Shown here: positions 50,073 through 62,996 of the stretch, piece by piece
Layout of the letters: each line of letters opens with the position of its first letter
Position numbering within the stretch: the stretch's first letter is position 1
Origin: Lepidodermella squamata
Lineage: Eukaryota; Animalia; Gastrotricha
Direction of reading: 5' to 3'
NCBI GenBank assembly: GCA_047495785.1
Contig: JBLDXI010000021.1
Location: 868,001 to 932,000, forward strand
DNA: 64,000 bases
Translations under genes and position numbers: made by a program
The notes under the pieces: generated by a model
Seen by the model: only the letters and a program-made list of their open reading frames with translations
Databases searched by the model: none
Told to the model about the DNA's origin: nothing

Positions 50073-50864
50073 TCGAAAACTTGGAGTATTTTTATCAACC
50101 GCTTGTTACAATCTTTCTCAACTTGATTTGTGAAAACTCAGATTTTCTTTGTGCCAAGGATGTGATCCGCTTTCATCTATGCGTTACATATTATTTGCTA
50201 GTATTTTGCGTTGAGCTTTTAGCCTCTAGTTTCTTCCCTTCGTTTTTTTCCTTTGGCTTATTTGAAATTTAGCTCTGGAATGTTTGCGTCAAATATCTTA
50301 TTTTCTTGGCTCAAATCGTGTGACTATGTCATTTCGACCTGGATTCGTTACGCATGAGTTCCATTTGCTGCGCTTCGTATTTTCTTATCAGCAAAGACTG
50401 TGATTAGTTGAACCTTTTTATCTCTGAATGTTAGTGAGACATCAAAAATATTTACTCAGACATTTCTTTTGATATTTCTAAAAATCCTAATATAGTGTCT
50501 TTTGATAAAAATAAACAATATTTTTCTTTCAAAAATCGTTTTATTTCTTTTTCAGGACGAGAACTTTTCGTCATTCTTTATCGAATAATAATTGTATATT
50601 TTTAATGTCTCAACAGAAATAGGCTTGATATAACAGCAATCGATATTTTAAAATTCCGATAATATCTGTAACTGATAGCATTTTTCATCGCTATTTTGTA
50701 CCATAAATTTATATTTTATTTACAGAAAGAGATTCTTTACAAATTTTCAATTTATAGTACAAACAACAGTGCGATGAGACGCGTGAGTTCATTGATGTGC
50801 GAACAATAAAAAGTGTTAACGACTGGTAGCAAAAACATCGATAGAAACGGTTCTAGTTTTCCTA

Positions 50865-53570
50865 TTATTTTATTTTGACAGTTCTCGGAGTTAGCGATGA
50901 TGAAACTAGTTTGACGCGTTTTTGCTGTTGATGGTGTGATGACGAAAAAAAAGATGCTGCCGATTGACCCGGTTTCGTTCCATTTTGATATGTTACTTGA
51001 TGAGATTTTGACGAGGAGCCGCCATTCGAGGTAGCATGACCCGGTCGCTTCACTTCAACCTCCTCGTGAATCGAAGTTTTCATCAACAGGTTGCCGTTAC
51101 CATTGCTAGCTCCTCCATTTCGAACAGGCGCCGAGCTATCAGTAGTAGTAGTAGTAGTACATTCCTCAAGAACTAGAAGAGGGACAGCGGCAGGGGTACG
51201 ATTAGTAGGGCCGTTTGAAGCACCATTACGCTGCCCATTGCGATGAGCAGTAGCCGGGCTGATAGCTCCGACTGGATTGTCTGTAGCCGCTAGAAGTAAA
51301 GCGTGGACGTTAGGCTCTTCCTCAGGTACGCCATTTGAAATAATGCGATGCAAATGCTTTTGCGAACTCCTCTCGTCGAATGCGAGTAAAGACTCCGCGC
51401 CAGTTGACGTCGACGGGGATTTAGAGGGCTGGCGGCTGGAAGCGTTGGACGCTGCACTTCGCCCGCTACCGGAATCATCAGTTGATGATTTACCGAACCT
51501 TCCGAGGCGGGTATGACGTCGCCTGCGGGTGACACATGCCCAAACAACTAGAGCAATTATGACTACAGCGACAAAACAGCTGACAAATGCCGTTAGCGTG
51601 ATATCGACGACAGATTCCCAGGATAGTCGAGCTGCTGTGACAAAGACATGAGTCGCAGCGGCGTGGCTTCCGACACGGTTGACTGCCATGCAAGTTATCA
51701 TGCCTTCGTTGCCTTTTTGCACGTTTGTCAGTAAGATTTGTACGATACGGCGCCGTTCGCCAACATTTGTCGGGTGAAAAATGGTTTCGCGATCGGGGGA
51801 AATGCGCCATACAACACGCGGGGATGGATCTAGAAAAAGCAAAAAATCTCTTGTATGAATGATGAATGCTGAGTTATAGCAATAATTACCTCCAAATACT
51901 TCGCAGGTAAGGTTTAGCTGTTCGCCCTCGGCTGCCGTGAAATTCTTAGCCCCGTTGATTATACGAGCCGTAGGGTGGAAACTTCGGAAGTTATTCGGCG
52001 TCAACTTGCCGAAAGGCGCCGCCGCCGGTGTGGCGCACGACGGTTCGTTGACCGGAAACTCCTCATTAACATGGCCAGCACTCCTGTCGTACAACTCTTT
52101 CAGCCACAACAAATCAGCATTGCAGTGGAACGGATTTCCGTTGACCCTCAGTTTGACTTGCGAAAGTCGAGGCACGACAAGTAGGGGCGCTGAGACCGTC
52201 GCGAGTTGCGACTGTTTCGCCGCACCATTTATTTGAGGAAATGACGATGACAAAAACGCAGTTCTAGGCAGCTCTTGCAATAAATTATTCGAAATGTCGA
52301 GAACGTTGAGCAGAGACAGTGACGAAAATGCTGATTCGTTAACAAATCGCATTCCATTCGACGACAAATTCAAATGCCTCAGACCCGGAAAAGCGCGTAG
52401 ATGTAAATCGCCAATTGACGTTATCTTATTCTTCGAAGCCGAGATATTTTTAATCGACCGATTGATAGTGTTATTCGCGAGACATAGGCAGGTCAAGTTG
52501 TTGGCGTCGATGATGAGATTCTCAACAAAAACGTCACTGGCCGCGATAAAATCAAGCGTGGTTAATTGATTGCCAATTAGAGACAATTTTTCAAGATGAA
52601 AGCCGCGCAATGATCGCGCGCCGATAACTTTGGGCGAAATCGATGCGTCGAGTTCAAGAACTGTCAACGATTTAGCAAGAGGAGCCAATGCGCTTGAAAA
52701 CTGTTGTTGAGACATATTCCTCAACGACGCGTGGTTAATTCTTAATACATTAAGGCGGGTGAGTCGTGAGAAAAGAACAGCCGAAATCGCGCCCAATTTT
52801 TCATTTTGCGACAAATCCAATACGACTAATGAAGCTGGTAGGAGTAAAACAGGGCTGAAGCTTATTCTTGCAATGTCATTGCCCTGTAAATACAACTCCG
52901 ACAGCCGGGTAAGATCCGAGAATGCATTAGGATGGATTGAGGAAATTTGGTTATTCGACAGATCCAGCCGTAATAAAGCCGTCAAACCATTGAAAGTATC
53001 GTTATCGATTTTCCGAATACCGTTCGACGACAGATTCAAATTTTCAAGACTTCCGCCGACCGGTGTGAAGGTATTTGGTTGAAGTTCGGTTATTAATAAA
53101 TCGTGCAAATCCAGTGAGACCAATGAAGGTGCATCTTGGAGGAAAGTTGCCGATAACGACAAAACCGCACCTCCATTTAGCGTAAAACTTTCCAACTGTG
53201 GAAAACGGCTTCGAGAAAAAGCACCGCCATGAATTCGAATTTTCGTCCGTTCCGAGGTTTTATTCGTACTTTCAAGCCTCAATTCGAAACTCCTTAGGTA
53301 AGGATAGGTCGGTGAGGATGACGCGAAGAAATTGTGTAGGAATAGGAATCGAATTTTGTTCGAAGATGGGCGTAACGACAGGCTTTGAGTATCTCCGGGC
53401 AAATCCGATGGGAAGTGCCCTTCGTTCATCGAACAAACGACAGAGGCATTCGAAAAGTAGCAGTCGCAGTATAATGGACACGGCGACGTGACAGGTGCGC
53501 CGCTTTCCAAGCCGGCGGCTGAATGCAAGGCCAAGAAGAAAAGCAGCAGCAAGTGTTGAATTGCTGCCAT
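50865..53570 (-). CDS. LRR + Ig single-pass receptor (LIG family); 60-nt in-frame intron 51889-51830
   Basis: Signal peptide, LRRNT CPLYCDC, many LxxLxLxxN repeats, LRRCT NPFHC, Ig domain (LTC..GDP.P.VVW...C.AVN), TM helix, long disordered tail. Confidence 0.93.
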   Translation of the reverse strand: MAAIQHLLLLFFLALHSAAGLESGAPVTSPCPLYCDCYFSNASVVCSMNEGHFPSDLPGDTQSLSLRPSSNKIRFLFLHNFFASSSPTYPYLRSFELRLESTNKTSERTKIRIHGGAFSRSRFPQLESFTLNGGAVLSLSATFLQDAPSLVSLDLHDLLITELQPNTFTPVGGSLENLNLSSNGIRKIDNDTFNGLTALLRLDLSNNQISSIHPNAFSDLTRLSELYLQGNDIARISFSPVLLLPASLVVLDLSQNEKLGAISAVLFSRLTRLNVLRINHASLRNMSQQQFSSALAPLAKSLTVLELDASISPKVIGARSLRGFHLEKLSLIGNQLTTLDFIAASDVFVENLIIDANNLTCLCLANNTINRSIKNISASKNKITSIGDLHLRAFPGLRHLNLSSNGMRFVNESAFSSLSLLNVLDISNNLLQELPRTAFLSSSFPQINGAAKQSQLATVSAPLLVVPRLSQVKLRVNGNPFHCNADLLWLKELYDRSAGHVNEEFPVNEPSCATPAAAPFGKLTPNNFRSFHPTARIINGAKNFTAAEGEQLNLTCEVFGGNYCYNSAFIIHTRDFLLFLDPSPRVVWRISPDRETIFHPTNVGERRRIVQILLTNVQKGNEGMITCMAVNRVGSHAAATHVFVTAARLSWESVVDITLTAFVSCFVAVVIIALVVWACVTRRRRHTRLGRFGKSSTDDSGSGRSAASNASSRQPSKSPSTSTGAESLLAFDERSSQKHLHRIISNGVPEEEPNVHALLLAATDNPVGAISPATAHRNGQRNGASNGPTNRTPAAVPLLVLEECTTTTTTDSSAPVRNGGASNGNGNLLMKTSIHEEVEVKRPGHATSNGGSSSKSHQVTYQNGTKPGQSAASFFSSSHHQQQKRVKLVSSSLTPRTVKIK

Positions 53571-53599
53571 TTAAAAATGTAAACACTCTCTGTCTGAGT

Positions 53600-56500
53600 A
53601 AAAAATTCTCCCTATAAACAACAACGAAAGTTAAAAATGATAAATTGAATCAAAATAATAAATCGTGTTTACAAGTCGATTTATCCTGGGAAAAATTGTT
53701 TTCTCCCAGCAGCCGCGCGGTACGGGAGAAGTAAGAAGTCAACAAGGCAATTACTTGCGGAAAAATTTTGCAATGTGCGTGCGCGGGAAAATGTTTACGT
53801 TTTTCACTTGAAATATACTACTAAAGCAGTAGTCTGCTGTTTATTGCATTTAAGTGACCAGCGCGAGCAGTTTTTAGGTGGAGAAAAACTGAAAGATATG
53901 ATGACCCCATGGGGACGCACGCGCGCGCGCTATAAAGAGGCGCCTTAATACTTTGCGTGCAAGGATTTTTATATATAATATCGTAATAATATCGGTCAAG
54001 ATCGATCACTGGTCGCCACCCGTCACACTGTTATTGACTGATGTTTATCGAGAGAGTCCGCACATTAGGATTTAAATTGCATTTCAGCGGCGGTCAGCAG
54101 CAGTTGTACGAGTGGAAAAAAATTACTCATTACTCTTTATTTTGGTCCGGCTTTATATTGCCGATTTTTTCGAAAAATATATAATATATCGAGTGTATTT
54201 CGAGAGGTACGGCTTGAAAATAAAAGATGATGCGTTTTTAATCGCGCTGCCGGGAAAAAAGTTGCGCAGGTGCACTTGAGTGGGACGCGCGGTTGTAATA
54301 AATTGTTTCGAAGATTAACCAGGGCGATATAAAAATGAAATTATTGTTATTGTCGAGTAAAACACGGTATAGATGACATATCCGGGTTGTACCTGATGCC
54401 GGTATATCTGTCATTTAGACAAGAGACATATGAAGAAAGCTCACAAGATGGATGTGCGAATAGATATCATTTTATTGCATGGCGACACTTCCGCGCGCGA
54501 TGAAATTAACGCGCGGGCTTACAACGCCACTGGCAACAGCTGCGAAACGGCGTCATTGTCGTAAAAAGCCTGCGAGGCGTGTTGAGCGCCAAAACCGCAC
54601 GCGTGTAATTCAGAGCCGAATGATATGACACCACCGTCTTAAAATTCTAAACCACCACCACCACCAAGAATTTCACGAAAGAGAGAGACAGAACGAGAAA
54701 ATGATGATGATACCACCGCACTACCGGCAACGAACGCCGCAAACAATTTTCGAGGCGATATTTTAATGTTATTACGCGCCAAACTGGAATCACACCGACG
54801 CGCGCCGCGTTGTCATTGTCGTTACAAGGAAGACAAAGAACAACAAGCTTTATTAATAAGTATTCATCGCGGTCACGGTACGCGGTAGCTCGCGTCCGTC
54901 AAAAAAGATAAACAAAACTAAAAACACGCGCGTGCCAGGTAGAGGAAGAACAATATAAATGTTGCCGCAGGGTGTTTTGCGCGCAAAAAAATAAACTACA
55001 TCGCGCGCAGGTAAGATTGCGCTAAAGTTAATAAGTTTAAAACTGTGCCGCTCATAATAATTCATCCGACTGTGCAGTGGCTCGCGCGTTAATGGCGGCC
55101 ATTTTAACGCCTCGGCGAGATGGCCTGTATGCGCTCTAAATAGAGTAATCAAATTTAAACTTTTTATCAAAAGGCGTCGGATGGGCGAGCGCGCGCGCGC
55201 AAGGTGAATGCGCGTTTAATGGCCGCTAAAATCCGGCCTAATAGCCGGCGATTCACACGACCAAATTTCACACGTGTCTGTTCACAAAGTGCCGCTACTG
55301 ACGCTCGACTGGTTTTGCGCTCGCGCACAAGGCCATCGCGCTTGGTGTAAGAAATGATAATAATAATTCATCTATCTGTCTTGTTCACCGCCAAATATCC
55401 GCCATCGCCGCCACGAATGTTCAAAACCAGGGCGAGCCTGAGGTGGTTCACTCACACAGGTGAAGGTGGAAAAAGGAAACACGTGTACCTGCTGGCCGTT
55501 GTATCGCCGGTTGTATCGTCTCTCGCGGCGCATGTGTTATCGCGCCTTTAAGGTGGCTGAAAGATGATGGCGCCGAACACGCGATGAAGATGCGGCGCGC
55601 GCAGCTCAACAATCATTAAGAATAAGCAGTAATATTATTATTTTTGAACGGTGTTTCGCTAGCGATGCGCTACCTGGCAGCACTTTTCGCACCTGGGCTT
55701 AACGTTTGTTCGTGTTGTTCTTAGATCGCGCTTCAAGGGCGGTAACTTTACGCTACTGTTGTTGTTGTTGTGTTGTTCTTGTTAAAATCGGCATGCTATC
55801 TCGTGCCGCCACGTTGGCACCAGCCCCATCATGTATATACATTAAAACCTCCGCCCCTCATTTGTTGTTCGCAGGTAGGTCTGGCATATAATATGCATGT
55901 ACGGGTTAAAACAAAGCGTAATAACATTATTACCCCTCCAAAGTGTTTCGTAAGTATAGATAATGATTATTCGCGCCTTGCAGCGGATGAGCAGCGAGAG
56001 CTAGATTTGACACACGCCCGGCCACTGTTAAAACAAAACAATAAATAAGATGCGCTCACAGCACGTGTGCGCCTTAATAAATATTTCGGCCTCGATTTAT
56101 TATGTTTAGTACAAATAACGATAATATTAGCTATTAGCAGCCTGAAAGAGAATTTCTAAATCGCCTCTAATACCTGTGATGGTGTGATTAGTACCAAGCT
56201 GGAACCGCGCGTGGCTTCAATAAACATATATTGCTGGCAGAATTTGTTACTTCGCAACGCAAAAATATTTTTGTTTTCAGGCAAAAACTTCTGTTTACAA
56301 GTCCGCCAAAAATAACACAGGGAAATGCGTGAAAAACGTCTGCAGCTATCAAAAAGTCGAGTTACTCTCGTATAATATTACTCGCCGAAAAGCGTAAGCA
56401 AATTTCTGGCGATGGAGGTCGTAAACAAACGCAACTTTGACCTGTTGCGCGCGCCGCAAACACGCGCTTTGCCCAAAAAAGGTAGCCATCACGTTCCTGG

Positions 56501-58200
56501 ATCGTGAGCGAAAAATAAATTACGCGCCTGATGGGACGTTATGGATACTTATTTAGCCGTGACGCGAACATTAATACGGCAATAAATGTCGGCCAGAAAA
56601 GTCACTCGCGCTATTGGATTTTCGCCGAAATATACCGCAACCGCAGTTAGTATATACAGGGCTGTTGCTATATATTATTAAATTGTATTAGACAGAGCAA
56701 CCGGAAAAGGGTTTAGTCAGCGATTTTCGAAGTTTTATTATTACATTTAATAATAACAATATTTCAGGGGGAAGAGGCGCCTGGAGTTCGACTTTTAAGC
56801 GTCGCGCGCGGATTTAAAACGATGATTTGTTGTTATGCATCTTTTTGGCTTTGTGAAAATTGCCGCGGCACACCAATATAAACGCAAACATTATTACGAC
56901 CAGCGCCCATGACCTGCGGCGGCGACCGATTGACTCTTAAGCCCGCGCCCGCTCGCGCGCACTCATTAAGTTGCCGATATATTGCCGATCGATAAAAACA
57001 TGCGAAACAGCGCTGTTGGGTTTGTAACGCGCGCGCGCTTTTAAGGCGACTAAAACTATTTGACGAGAGCGCGTGAGATATCTACAGCCGCGATTTACGC
57101 CACCGCCTTAATAACAAAAATTGAGTTACAATTCTATTTCTACGATGGGAATTTTTATTATTATTTGACTCGACTGCTGCTGCTGTGATGGACGCTCTTC
57201 ACATCATCGCTACCGCGCGATATTTATGGCGGAAGAAAACAAAATATTATAAAAGTAATAGCGGCTAAATATGTCACTAGTGCTGTTAAGGAGACGTCAT
57301 CGTCGCTGTTATCAAAATACAAGAGCGAATTTATAGGCGAGTTAGGAGTATCGCTTATTATCGCGTCGGGTTTTCGAGTTTGTGGACAAATAATAATAAA
57401 GAGACACAGGCACAACAAATAACAATAACAAACACAGTTAAAATACTAACTACCCATAAGTATTGACAAATTGACAGCCCAGGCAAATAGCAACACTGTT
57501 TTGACAGAGTTACGACCGCTATTGTAATCTGTGCGATAATTTAATGTAGCCGCATCCAAGTCGAGATGCGTTTAATAGGCGCTGCGTGTGGCGCCGATGA
57601 AATATAATTCATGGATAATGTCAAAAGTTACTTCCCGTTGTTCATAATCATAAAACTTCACCAGCTGTATCGGCGATGAAAAATTGCCGCATTATACGGA
57701 GCTCATTATATGCCGATAAATATTGAAATTTTTCTAAGCCGCGGCATGACGCTATTTAGCCAAAAATCGGACTGAACTCAGTAACAGGAATGCTGATGCG
57801 TTTATCTCATCTGAGAGTTCAAGTGATGATGAAATATTTTTTCAACTCGTAATTCACCGTAAAATTCTTAGTGTCAAAACTTCCTTTTATTTAATATAAG
57901 ATGAGTTGAAGTGGGATTTGTCTTTTGGTAATGAGACAATTTGATGCAATTTGCTGTCAGCGCATGTCGCTTTATAAACGTTTATCCGGGCAATGTGACC
58001 TCGGCTCAGTGGTTTTAAAAACGACTAAACGACCGGTACATTTTGATATCAGAAATTAAGCTGGAACCTGTTTATTCAAAATTTTTAACGACCGGTCGAC
58101 AAAATCGATGAAATCAAGGGGCTTTTTTTAGGGTGTCACGCAATGAATGATTTCCGATAGCCATCCTGAATAAAACATGAGTTCCTGGGCTGACGTGTGT
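53600..58200. promoter_or_regulatory. Unusually long gene-free region between the divergent LRR-Ig and NEK8 genes, rich in CGCG/GCGC; probable cis-regulatory region
   Basis: 4.6 kb without credible exons or TIR pairs in a genome whose usual intergenic gaps are 0.1-0.8 kb. Confidence 0.5.
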
Positions 58201-58274
58201 ATGTTATAGCCGCAAGACAGAATTATTGTTTCCAGCTTACGAAAATAATCTTAATTTTTTATCCTATATCAGCC

Positions 58275-60451
58275 ATGAACAACTATTTGGAAAAGGCTGT
58301 TATTGGCCGAGGCCAATTCGGGTAAGGAATTTTCTCGGGATATCGTTCCACTGAATCCAGCATAATTTACCTCAGCACGGTCTCATTGGCAACTCGGGTC
58401 AGCGACCTAAAATCTGTGGTTATCAAAAAAATTCCGTTAGACAGCTCAGACGCGAAGGAAAGAGATTCAGCCCTGAATGAAGCTCGCTTGTTGAAGGTTC
58501 TTGATCATCCGAACATTATCAACTACTTCGAAAGCTTTATTGGCGAACGAGACACTTTGATGATCGTTATGGAGTATGCGCGCGGAGGTACATTGGCCAA
58601 TTTTCTCGCCCAACAGTCAGGACAATATGTCAGCGAAGATATCGTCCTATACCAGTTCAGCCAAATGGCATTAGCTATCACCTACATCCATGCTCGAAAT
58701 GTACCGAATTTTTCTTCGTATTTCCAAAATTTTTCTAGGATTTTTTTTAGATTTTGCACCGGGATCTCAAACCTCAGAACATCATGCTTGACGAGACGAT
58801 GCGGATAGTGAAAATTGGTGATTTTGGCATCTCTACAGTCCTAACGACTAAAACAAAAGCGACAACAGTCGTAGGGACGCCTAACTATCTCGGCCCCGAG
58901 GTTTGTGAAGGCAGGCCTTACGACCAGAAAAGCGACATTTGGTCACTTGGCTGCGTTTTGTTCGAAATGCTTGCACTACAACGCGCATTCGACGGGACAA
59001 ATCTCGGTGCCATTGTAAATTTGATTCAAAAAGCTAAACTCTTGCAACCGGTGCCAAGTCACTACCCTGAATATCTACGAAAATTAGTAACTTGGCTATT
59101 GGAGAAAAATCCACATTATCGACCAACTGCCGCGCAAATTTTAGCATATCCGCCTGTCCTAATAGCGATGGCAAAGGTTCTTAGCAGTGTTGGAAAAATA
59201 ACAGCATTACCAAGTCAGCCGGGTTCGAAATCTTCGAACGCTCTACTACGGCAGCAATCGTCCCTTCCCAGCGCCGATGCGAAGGAAACCCAGCTGTGCT
59301 CGATGATCTCTCGAGATGGTGTTACAAATTTGCCGACAAAACCTTCACATTCAATTTGCTTGATAGCAACTGGTCGCGATGTAACAGCCGGTGTGTTTTC
59401 TGGAAGCGGGAAACCTTTCATCTGGGAAGAAAAGGATAGATTGGCTGCGACTCCTGAGTTCAATATACGATACCTTCAATTAGATGTCAACCTACAAGTT
59501 GTTGAAGTAGCATGTGGCGAAAACTTTGTGGTGGCCCTAAGTGATCGTGGTCTAGTTTTGACGACAGGCAGTGGTTGCTATGGGTGTTTGGGTCACGGTA
59601 GCCTTCTCGACGTAACCGAAAGTTGGCGCATTGTCGACGCTCTTCTCGGGAGTCGAATTATCGCAATATCATGCGGATCTCGTCACGTTCTTGCCGCTGG
59701 CGAAGAAAATGACCTGTACGGTTGGGGTGAGAGCACAGCGGGAAGACTTGGTAAGGTAATCGAAGAAGCTGCAGAGGGTGAAACTACGTCAACAATAACT
59801 ACGCCGAGAAAAATAGAACTGTCATCAGTCCCAGCTGAATACCGTGTCACAAAATTATTTTGTTCCAACGACTGCTCGAGCCTGCTAGCTGTTAAGCCAA
59901 ACTCGCGGTATTTCACCCTTTTCTGCTCAGGTCCAAATCGAGGCAATCGATTACTTCTAGGCCCCGGTACTCAAATAGCTCAGAGTTTCACTGAGTCCAA
60001 GTTGAACAACGACACTTTTCCCGATGGTTCTGAAATCACGAAAGTTGGCTTCGGCCTAAAACACGGAGCTTTGCTTACTTCTAGAGGAAAGGTTTATGGT
60101 TGGGGAGAGAACAAGCAGAAGCAATTGATGCTAAACGAGGCTCCACTTATCGCAAATCCTCTTCCGCTTCAAGAAGAAATATTGGCCGCTGATGTTGTTT
60201 GCGGTGATTTTTTCACACTGCTTTTGTCAAAAGGTAGCATTTCTTTTTGGTTTCATGCTTTTTTCGGTTGAAATTTTTACATGATTTTAGATGGCGCCGT
60301 AACTCTGATGGGCAATTCGATGCGCGAATGTTTCTCTCAATGGTCTGAGAACAGGAACGAATGCGAAAAAGTTAGTTATATCGCCTCCGCAGAGTCTAAG
60401 ATAGTGGTTATTGAGACGCGGAACACTCCTGAAACTATAACACCTTGTTGA
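58275..60451 (+). CDS. NEK8: NIMA-related kinase with RCC1 repeats (4 exons)
   Basis: GRGQFG, VVIKKI, HPNII, HRDLKPQN, VKIGDFG, GTPNYLGPE, DIWSLGC and RCC1 repeats (VACG, GCLGHG, ISCG.RH). Confidence 0.92.
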
Positions 60452-60690
60452 TATTCGGCTTTTCCGATGAAAAAACTGATTGTACCTGGGACAGGTAAAA
60501 TAAATAAGAAATCGCACTCACAACCACGCTTTGTATTTACATCGTTGTGGCTGCATAAATAAAATGCAAGAAGTGATGGGCGGAATTGATATTAATCTTA
60601 TACCCACGCGCATCATTTTAGCTCGCCGAGGGGGTATAAGGAGCTCATAATCCCGCTGCCAATTCACATATCGCCTTGTACTATCGCAAA

Positions 60691-61674
60691 ATGGTGGATA
60701 ACGGTTCTTTGTACGATTTGGTTTCTACGAACCTTGAATCCGTTGATATCGACACAGAAAGTACCGTCCAACTCCGAGACGACGAAAATTCGTTGCCACG
60801 CTCGCTACTCGACATGCCGAATTCTCCTTCAAGACATCAACTTGCTGCAGGAATGCGCTACTGCTTGCGCTGCAAACTTCTATTCAATGTAAATCCAACT
60901 ACTGGCGTTTCTGAAATCCCAGAAAAATGCCGATATCACCCAGGTAAACAAGGATTTTACTTCATTTGGTTATTTATTAACCTCTAATTATTAGGAACTG
61001 TTTTAGAGGAAGAGGGCTCCGCGGATAGATCGTATTCGTGTTGCGATCGAATTAGCAACCCTTATACCGAAAAACAAGGCTGCTGCTTCGCCCCTTGCCA
61101 CATTCATGACTGTCGAATGGTAGGTATGTTCGACGAAGAAGAAGAACAAGTTCCCGTTCAACAGCCTGATGCTACTAACGGCCACATTCCGAACCGCAGT
61201 GATCTGCTTGCTTTAGGTATCGCTCCTATATTCACCGTGAATGGCATTGAATATGGGAAAGTTGCCCTTGTTAATGAATCTTACGAAGTGGTGTTTGAAT
61301 CTCAAATTGAACCCAGTTTCCGCCCAATCGATTTGAACAGACCATGCACAGGCCTAACCGAAGAATTTGTGGAGAACTCAGCTGATCAGTTGCCATCGTT
61401 GCTGCATATTAAAAATACGTTGAGGTCTTTGATCGGCAATGGAACGCTTATTGTGCTGGGTAGCCGATGGAGAGTTGCGCGCCAATTCTTGAGCGATATC
61501 GACCTGACTTATCCAAGACTAAGGTTGTTGCAAAAGCCTGATTTTCAAAGCATTCGATACCCTTACGGGGCTCTCAGCAGTTGCACGGCTCTTGGCGAGG
61601 CAGTAAACGCAATGCAATCCGTCACCACATGGGCTACTGACTTATCGAGCTCAAATCAGCAGCCGGCAGCTTGA
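60691..61674 (+). CDS. REXO1-like protein with Cys/His-rich region and degenerate DEDDh exonuclease domain (2 exons)
   Basis: CLRC...CRYHPG...YSCC...GCC...HIH, then LLALGIAPIFT..G.E..KV.LV...EVVFES.I.P...IDLN...TGLTE. Confidence 0.75.
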
Positions 61675-62996
61675 ACTTGTCAGAACTACCAATCAAGTTA
61701 GCATTTGATTTTAGTAAAAGGGTTCTCTGCTTTTGCTGCTGAATTAGGAGTAAATTATGCCAAATTATGTTCAAGACTTGTTTAAGTGTCGGAAGAAATC
61801 AGCTGTCGATGATAAGAAGCTTTAATTCACAATTGCACTTTTCTACTTCGTATTTGGATATTTAGAGAATAGAACTAAAGACCGAATGAGCAATCGGAAG
61901 AATAATGACACAGCCCACTTCGAAAAAATGCACACTTGCGCTTCAGAATTCAGAATCTCAAACACGCATGGAGCAAACTCTTGTATCCTGTCCTTTCCCT
62001 CCACGGTTTGTCGAAAGTCGAAAACAGTTCGCGCAAAATACCAGCGGAGGGGCAGAAAACAAGTTGACGCAAGCACAATTATTATTATGACCGAAATCTA
62101 AAGGGAGGAGGGGTTTCAAAGATAAGAAATGAAGCTACTTCTTGGCACAAGAAGAGTGGGAAAGGTTGAGGAAGAACTTGCATTTCGAAATCTCATGATA
62201 TCGTTATGAAAACATTTCGTCTTCTACACTGAACCCACACATCCTTGCTTGCCGTACGTATCAAAATAATGTGGAAAATGCCACCTAAGACCTTAAAAGC
62301 GCGCTGGAACAGCGGAAAAAGCGCACTGCTGCACTGCGCGATGTGCGATTTTGCGATTTCCGCGCAGAATAAATGCGGCAGTTCCTATGCCCCGATTTTA
62401 ATTTAAAAGAATCTAGAATTATTTTTATTTTGAATCAGGTCAAAATATGTAGAATATTAATTTGTCCTTCACAAGCTGTCTTTTGAATATCGGGCGCCTT
62501 CAATGCTTTTTCGTCTCAGTCAGTTTTGTGAGCCTTCGTAGTTTTCAGTTAGTTTAGGGTTCTCCTGACATTAAATGTCCAGGCATTAGAGTGAGCGTTG
62601 AACGTTCAGACACGCAGCTGTTTCGCAATTTGCAACCCTACTTTCCCAAAAACCGATCGTCATGGTCTTATATATTGATAGTTATAGTTGATAGTTACGG
62701 GCGATGAGCAATGAGATACATAGTTGAGAAATTTAAGCTCCGATCAACCCTATCTGAAATGGTACACTCTGCCCTTGGCACTCCATGGATATTGTAGCTC
62801 GCGCTTTTGTTCAGTTCGTTCATTTCTCCTCCTATTCCTTACTACTTTGTATTTGCACTTAGTTACTTACTCTGTTTTGAATTACGGATTACTCATGAGC
62901 CTGTGACTCTTCCTCTGCTTTTCTCTTGCTAATCTCTTCAAATGTTTGCATTAATAGAGAAATCGTGTGTTTTAGGCGCGTTATATCTAATTGATT

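Noticed and set aside
54370-54417. Short hairpin ATGACATATCCGG...CCGGTATATCTGTCAT
   Set aside because: Too short and bulged for a pre-miRNA, with no recognisable mature sequence.
61886-62101. Short ORFs with faint resemblance to a hAT dimerisation motif (LSFPST)
   Set aside because: Similarity is too weak and there are no TIRs or splice support.
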